The notes beneath the pieces are model-generated. The model saw only the letters and a program-made list of their open reading frames with translations. It was not told the DNA's origin and did not search any database. A program made the position numbers and the translations under genes. From a virus (Duplodnaviria > Caudoviricetes): a DNA stretch of 64,000 nucleotides. Positions 60,544-64,000 of the stretch are shown here, one piece after another. Where the stretch lies: positions 32,001 through 96,000 of the IMG/VR virus record IMGVR_UViG_3300028886_000059, one strand, 5' to 3'. Position 1 is the stretch's first letter, and each line of letters begins with the position of its first letter.

Positions 60544-61338
60544 TCAGGCATACTGTCTCTCCCTTCGGATTAAGTCACAGGAATATTTGTAGATGTTGGT
60601 ACGCTGGCACAGGATTTTGCCGCCCTTGCGGAAGAAATAGCCTCCAAAGCCGATTTCTTTCATGTATAGCGGTGCAAGAGAGCAGAAGTTCGCTGGATTG
60701 ATGCCAGTCTCTTCAAGCTGTTCATCCTTTCGGAGTACGCCGTTTGCCAAAAGTGCGCCCATCAGCTTACGCTCGGAATACCGCTTCGTGTTCGTCAGTT
60801 GCATGATGCGGCCATTGCTCAGGCCACGTCGGAATGATTGGGATGGGAGCATACTTGATGTTCTACGGTACATCCGTTTCAGACGGCCATACGGGATGCG
60901 TCGGCCATCTTCATCAAAGCCCGTAGTCAGTGCTTTATAAGTATTCCCGCAATCGTTCTGTTTCTTGACGTGGTTCAGGACAATGGAAGCACGGATGCCT
61001 CTGATTACATCGGAGATACGCATAGGGCATTCGCCATTCGTGGGAACGTCGAAGCTGAATCGGCATGTATAGTCACCAGCGGCCTTTACAGGACATGCGA
61101 CAATGGATTTGCCATCACGCCTTATATAGCCGCCGTCAAGGGCATTCTTCAACACGCGGGCGGTCTTAGCACTGCCCATGTGGAAGATGCGCATAAGGTT
61201 TCTGTTTGTGGGGTTGTTGACGCGAGATGAACGAAAGGCCATCTTCACCATCACGGCAAAGGCCAAGCCCTCCAGCCGTTCTTTGGAACGTACTGCGAAG
61301 GATGCCTCGCTGATTGATATGTAGATAGACCTCTTCAT
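60544..61338 (-). CDS. Hypothetical basic protein (possible HTH)
   Basis: First gene divergent from the repressor; ATG 61338 after the promoter at 61448. Confidence 0.55.
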   Translation of the reverse strand: MKRSIYISISEASFAVRSKERLEGLAFAVMVKMAFRSSRVNNPTNRNLMRIFHMGSAKTARVLKNALDGGYIRRDGKSIVACPVKAAGDYTCRFSFDVPTNGECPMRISDVIRGIRASIVLNHVKKQNDCGNTYKALTTGFDEDGRRIPYGRLKRMYRRTSSMLPSQSFRRGLSNGRIMQLTNTKRYSERKLMGALLANGVLRKDEQLEETGINPANFCSLAPLYMKEIGFGGYFFRKGGKILCQRTNIYKYSCDLIRRERQYA

Positions 61339-61447
61339 ATAAAAGGGAATCCCCGAATCGTGCTTGCACCACGAAACGGGGATTGGAAATATGTTAGTAA
61401 CATAAATCGTTGCGCCAGTCATCAATGTGCAAGATTGATTTCGGGTG

Positions 61448-61516
61448 CAAAGATAGTGATTATTTTCAGAACCGCAAAACATTCTGATTATTTTCACCTA
61501 AATTAACTCTTGCACT
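61448..61516. promoter_or_regulatory. Lysis/lysogeny switch region
   Basis: Minus-strand TTTG-N19-TATCTTTG overlapped by the GATAGTGATTATTTTCAGAAC box; divergent CI-like gene. Confidence 0.65.
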
Positions 61517-62461
61517 ATGGATATAGATGACAGGATTGAAGAATTTGTGAATCACCTCCACATCGGCAAGCGTGATTTTGAAATTGCAGTTGGCATTGCC
61601 AGCGGAACTCTAAGCAAAAAGACCAAAAACGGGGTCAGAAGCGACACACTAAGACGAATCAAGGAGAAATACCCGCAGCTTAACCTGAACTGGATAGTGG
61701 CGGGCGAAGGAATGATGCTGAACGGACATATCGAAGTGCCGCCAGTAGTCACAGACGGTATCAAGGAGCGTTTGTTCGCATTCTTGGAACACGAAGGCAT
61801 CGGCCAAACCGAATTTGAGAAGAAATGCGGGATGGGGCAGGGCTTCGCCAGCAGGATTACGGATAACGTCAGGGAGGATTCACTCAAGAAGATTTCGCGG
61901 GCGTTTCCGCATCTGCGCATGTACTGGCTTCGCACGGGCGACGGTGACATGCTGCTGACAGAGGAGGAGATTGCACGGAACAGCCAGCCAGCAGCCGAGA
62001 CGGCCACGCCTGAAAACGTCGTGTACGTGCCTTTGGTAAGCCAGTATGCCTATGGCGGCTATGTCGCTGGGTACTCCAGCATGGAATATCTCAGCCGCCT
62101 TGCCGTCAGGCCATTTGTCGTTGACAACGAATCCAAGCACAGCAACTACATGGCCTTTGAAGTTCGGAATGACAGCATGGATGACGGGCTGCGCCACGCA
62201 TACGCGCAGGGCGACATCATCCTGTGCAGGGAGGTTGACAGGGCGTATTACATGGAAAGGCTGCTTGACTATGACCGCAGCGACTTCGTGATAGTCCACA
62301 ATGACGGAATACTCGTCAAGCGGATAATCGCGCATGACGTGATGAACCATAAAATCACAGTCCACTCGTTCAATCCCATTTTTGATGATTTGGTCATCGA
62401 CCTTGCAGATGTCAGGCAGATATTCTCCGTGATTCTGAAACAGCAGCAATGCAGACGATAG
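61517..62461 (+). CDS. CI-like repressor (two HTH domains plus S24 peptidase)
   Basis: Duplicated HTH (LN..W...G.G.M), AFEV..DSM (Ser) and LVKRI (Lys). Confidence 0.9.
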   Translation: MDIDDRIEEFVNHLHIGKRDFEIAVGIASGTLSKKTKNGVRSDTLRRIKEKYPQLNLNWIVAGEGMMLNGHIEVPPVVTDGIKERLFAFLEHEGIGQTEFEKKCGMGQGFASRITDNVREDSLKKISRAFPHLRMYWLRTGDGDMLLTEEEIARNSQPAAETATPENVVYVPLVSQYAYGGYVAGYSSMEYLSRLAVRPFVVDNESKHSNYMAFEVRNDSMDDGLRHAYAQGDIILCREVDRAYYMERLLDYDRSDFVIVHNDGILVKRIIAHDVMNHKITVHSFNPIFDDLVIDLADVRQIFSVILKQQQCRR

Positions 62462-62782
62462 ACCTGTTCATCCTCGTGGAATGGATGGCCGAGCAGGTGA
62501 ACAGTGACAGGCTGGCCGTTCCGAAGTCCTTTCTTGCACAAGGGGCTTGGTCTGCCATCGCTGGAGGTCACACCTTTGATTTCTCGTTCACAGACACCGT
62601 AATGACGGCCACAGCCGACGGCAAGGAAACGGAGCGGTACTTATACCGTCTCGACGGCCAAACGCTGACAGCGGCAACAGGGATGGGCGAAGTGACAATG
62701 CAGGTCTATATGGCCGACATCGACACCCCTAACCTTATCATCGACGGCATCATTTTCCACCAAAATTCGCCCGAATGTCACT

Positions 62783-63084
62783 AATTCACCGCAAACGATG
62801 AAAACAGCAGCATGTAAAACATCGGTAAACACAGGCGATTCCAGCGGTTTTGCCATTCAGATTGTGGTTCTGAATGTCCTCGGTTCGAGTCCGAGCGGGC
62901 ACCCAAACGTTGGAAAGGTCTCAAAAATTGCTAAATACCAGTGTTTATCGGCTTTACGCGATATACCGCCATAGCTGAATCACTGATGAAGAAATGCAAT
63001 TTTTGAGGCTTTTTTGTTTGCAAATTCACCGCAAATTCACCGCAAATCAGCCTCAATTCGGAAAATTCACCGCAAATTCACCGC
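62783..63084 (+). repeat. Integrase arm-type direct repeats AATTCACCGC (5 copies)
   Basis: Copies at 62783, 63023, 63034, 63064 and 63075 flanking the tRNA-His fragment. Confidence 0.8.
62857..62905 (+). other. attP core: 3' half of tRNA-His (GTG)
   Basis: TCAGA-TTGTGGT-TCTGA anticodon arm, T-arm, 3' acceptor strand with C73; no 5' half. Confidence 0.85.
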
Positions 63085-63101
63085 AAAAAATTTATCGAAT
63101 T

Positions 63102-64000
63102 ATGGCAACATTAAAAGTAGAACTTGGCAATCAAGCGAAAGACGGTAGCCGCAAACTTTACATCATCCTTTCACACGCCTGCACCCGCAGACGCATCCCG
63201 ACAACTATATCTGTCGAAGGAAAGGAAGTGTCTGCCAAAACTGGCAGAATCATATCGTCACAGAAGCAGCACCTCATTGATGACTTGGTGGCAGAATACA
63301 AAAACAGGATTTATCAGCTTGACTTGGAACTGACTGGCGCACGGGTGGATGCCGATTACATATACCAGCGCATCACGTCATCGAAGCCGAAGAATGATGA
63401 ATACGATTTCTTCCAGTTCACGGAAGAATGGCTCAAAGGTAAGGGCAAAGAGAAAAAGAACTATGCCACGATGCTGAACTCTGTGGAAAAGTACCTTGGG
63501 CGGCGCAAGCTGTCATTCAAGGATATTGACTACATGTTTCTAAAGGGATATTCTGACTACATGAGCCAGTATCAACGGGCGCAGTCGCACTATCTTGGAC
63601 TAATTAGACACATCCACAACCTTGCACGGAAAACATACAACACAGACGGACAAACGGTAATACCTTCAACTGCCATCGAGAACTTCGATTTTCCACGTCA
63701 GCAGTTGAAGGGCGGCAGGGCTATGGATATTGACATCCTTCTGCGTGTGTTCCGCTACCAGCCTATAGGCCGACGCGATACGCTTGCCCGTGACTGTGCC
63801 ATCCTTTCCTTCTGTTTCATGGGCATGAACTCCGTGGATATGTTCAATGCCACATCGTTCAAGCGGGGTGTGCTGGCCTACAACCGAACCAAGACCGAAG
63901 GGCGGCGTTCCGACAATGCCTATATCGAGGTCAAGATGTATGACCGTATCAAAGATTTGATGCACAAATATTCTGATGATACCCGCGTTTTCAGCTTTCA
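63102..64000 (+). CDS. int: Tyrosine integrase (partial, runs off the window)
   Basis: Arm-binding N-terminus, SAM-like domain (LSF.DID..FL..Y), ARD..ILSF...GMN..D...Y.R.KT. Confidence 0.9.
   Translation, partial: MATLKVELGNQAKDGSRKLYIILSHACTRRRIPTTISVEGKEVSAKTGRIISSQKQHLIDDLVAEYKNRIYQLDLELTGARVDADYIYQRITSSKPKNDEYDFFQFTEEWLKGKGKEKKNYATMLNSVEKYLGRRKLSFKDIDYMFLKGYSDYMSQYQRAQSHYLGLIRHIHNLARKTYNTDGQTVIPSTAIENFDFPRQQLKGGRAMDIDILLRVFRYQPIGRRDTLARDCAILSFCFMGMNSVDMFNATSFKRGVLAYNRTKTEGRRSDNAYIEVKMYDRIKDLMHKYSDDTRVFSF

Larger units (their letters stand above)
1..64000. mobile_element. Temperate Bacteroidales siphovirus-like phage genome segment
   Basis: Integrase, attP, repressor, replication, packaging, head and tail modules; TAnnTTTG promoters; no host housekeeping genes. 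Confidence 0.95.

Noticed and set aside
62857-62905. Functional tRNA-His gene
   Set aside because: The 5' acceptor strand and D-arm are missing.
63022-63084. CRISPR array
   Set aside because: These are 11-bp tandem repeats without unique spacers, next to an integrase, and fit arm-type sites.
1-64000. Stop-codon reassignment
   Set aside because: Core genes are full length in the standard code, all three stop codons end genes, and no suppressor anticodon was seen.

Overview
The window is 64 kb of a temperate siphovirus-like phage of a Bacteroidales (Prevotella-like) host, almost all on the minus strand. From right to left it carries: an integrase and an attP (3' half of tRNA-His with arm repeats), a CI-like repressor, two phage tRNAs, a recombination/replication block (Sak/Rad52, exonuclease, SSB, NinB/NinG, helicase, initiator), three DNA methyltransferases, many small accessory genes, a tRNA-ASCH-PP-loop-ParB-terminase-portal operon, a 10 kb accessory island, and head, neck, tail and tape-measure genes. 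The main finding is a candidate phage-encoded translation-initiation system. A late-promoter tRNA with an initiator (fMet-type) body has anticodon GAC, and two downstream reading frames open at a GTC codon in the identical context GCTGA-GTC-AG, which is complementary to the whole anticodon loop. Other findings: a DGR-type variable target gene with no RT or template in the window and a 1-nt frameshift, three further tRNA-like RNAs of aberrant shape, a fixed-spacing late-promoter box, a repeated early-leader motif, and a sigma4/alpha-CTD chimeric regulator. All calls come from reading motifs and gene context by eye; no database search was run.
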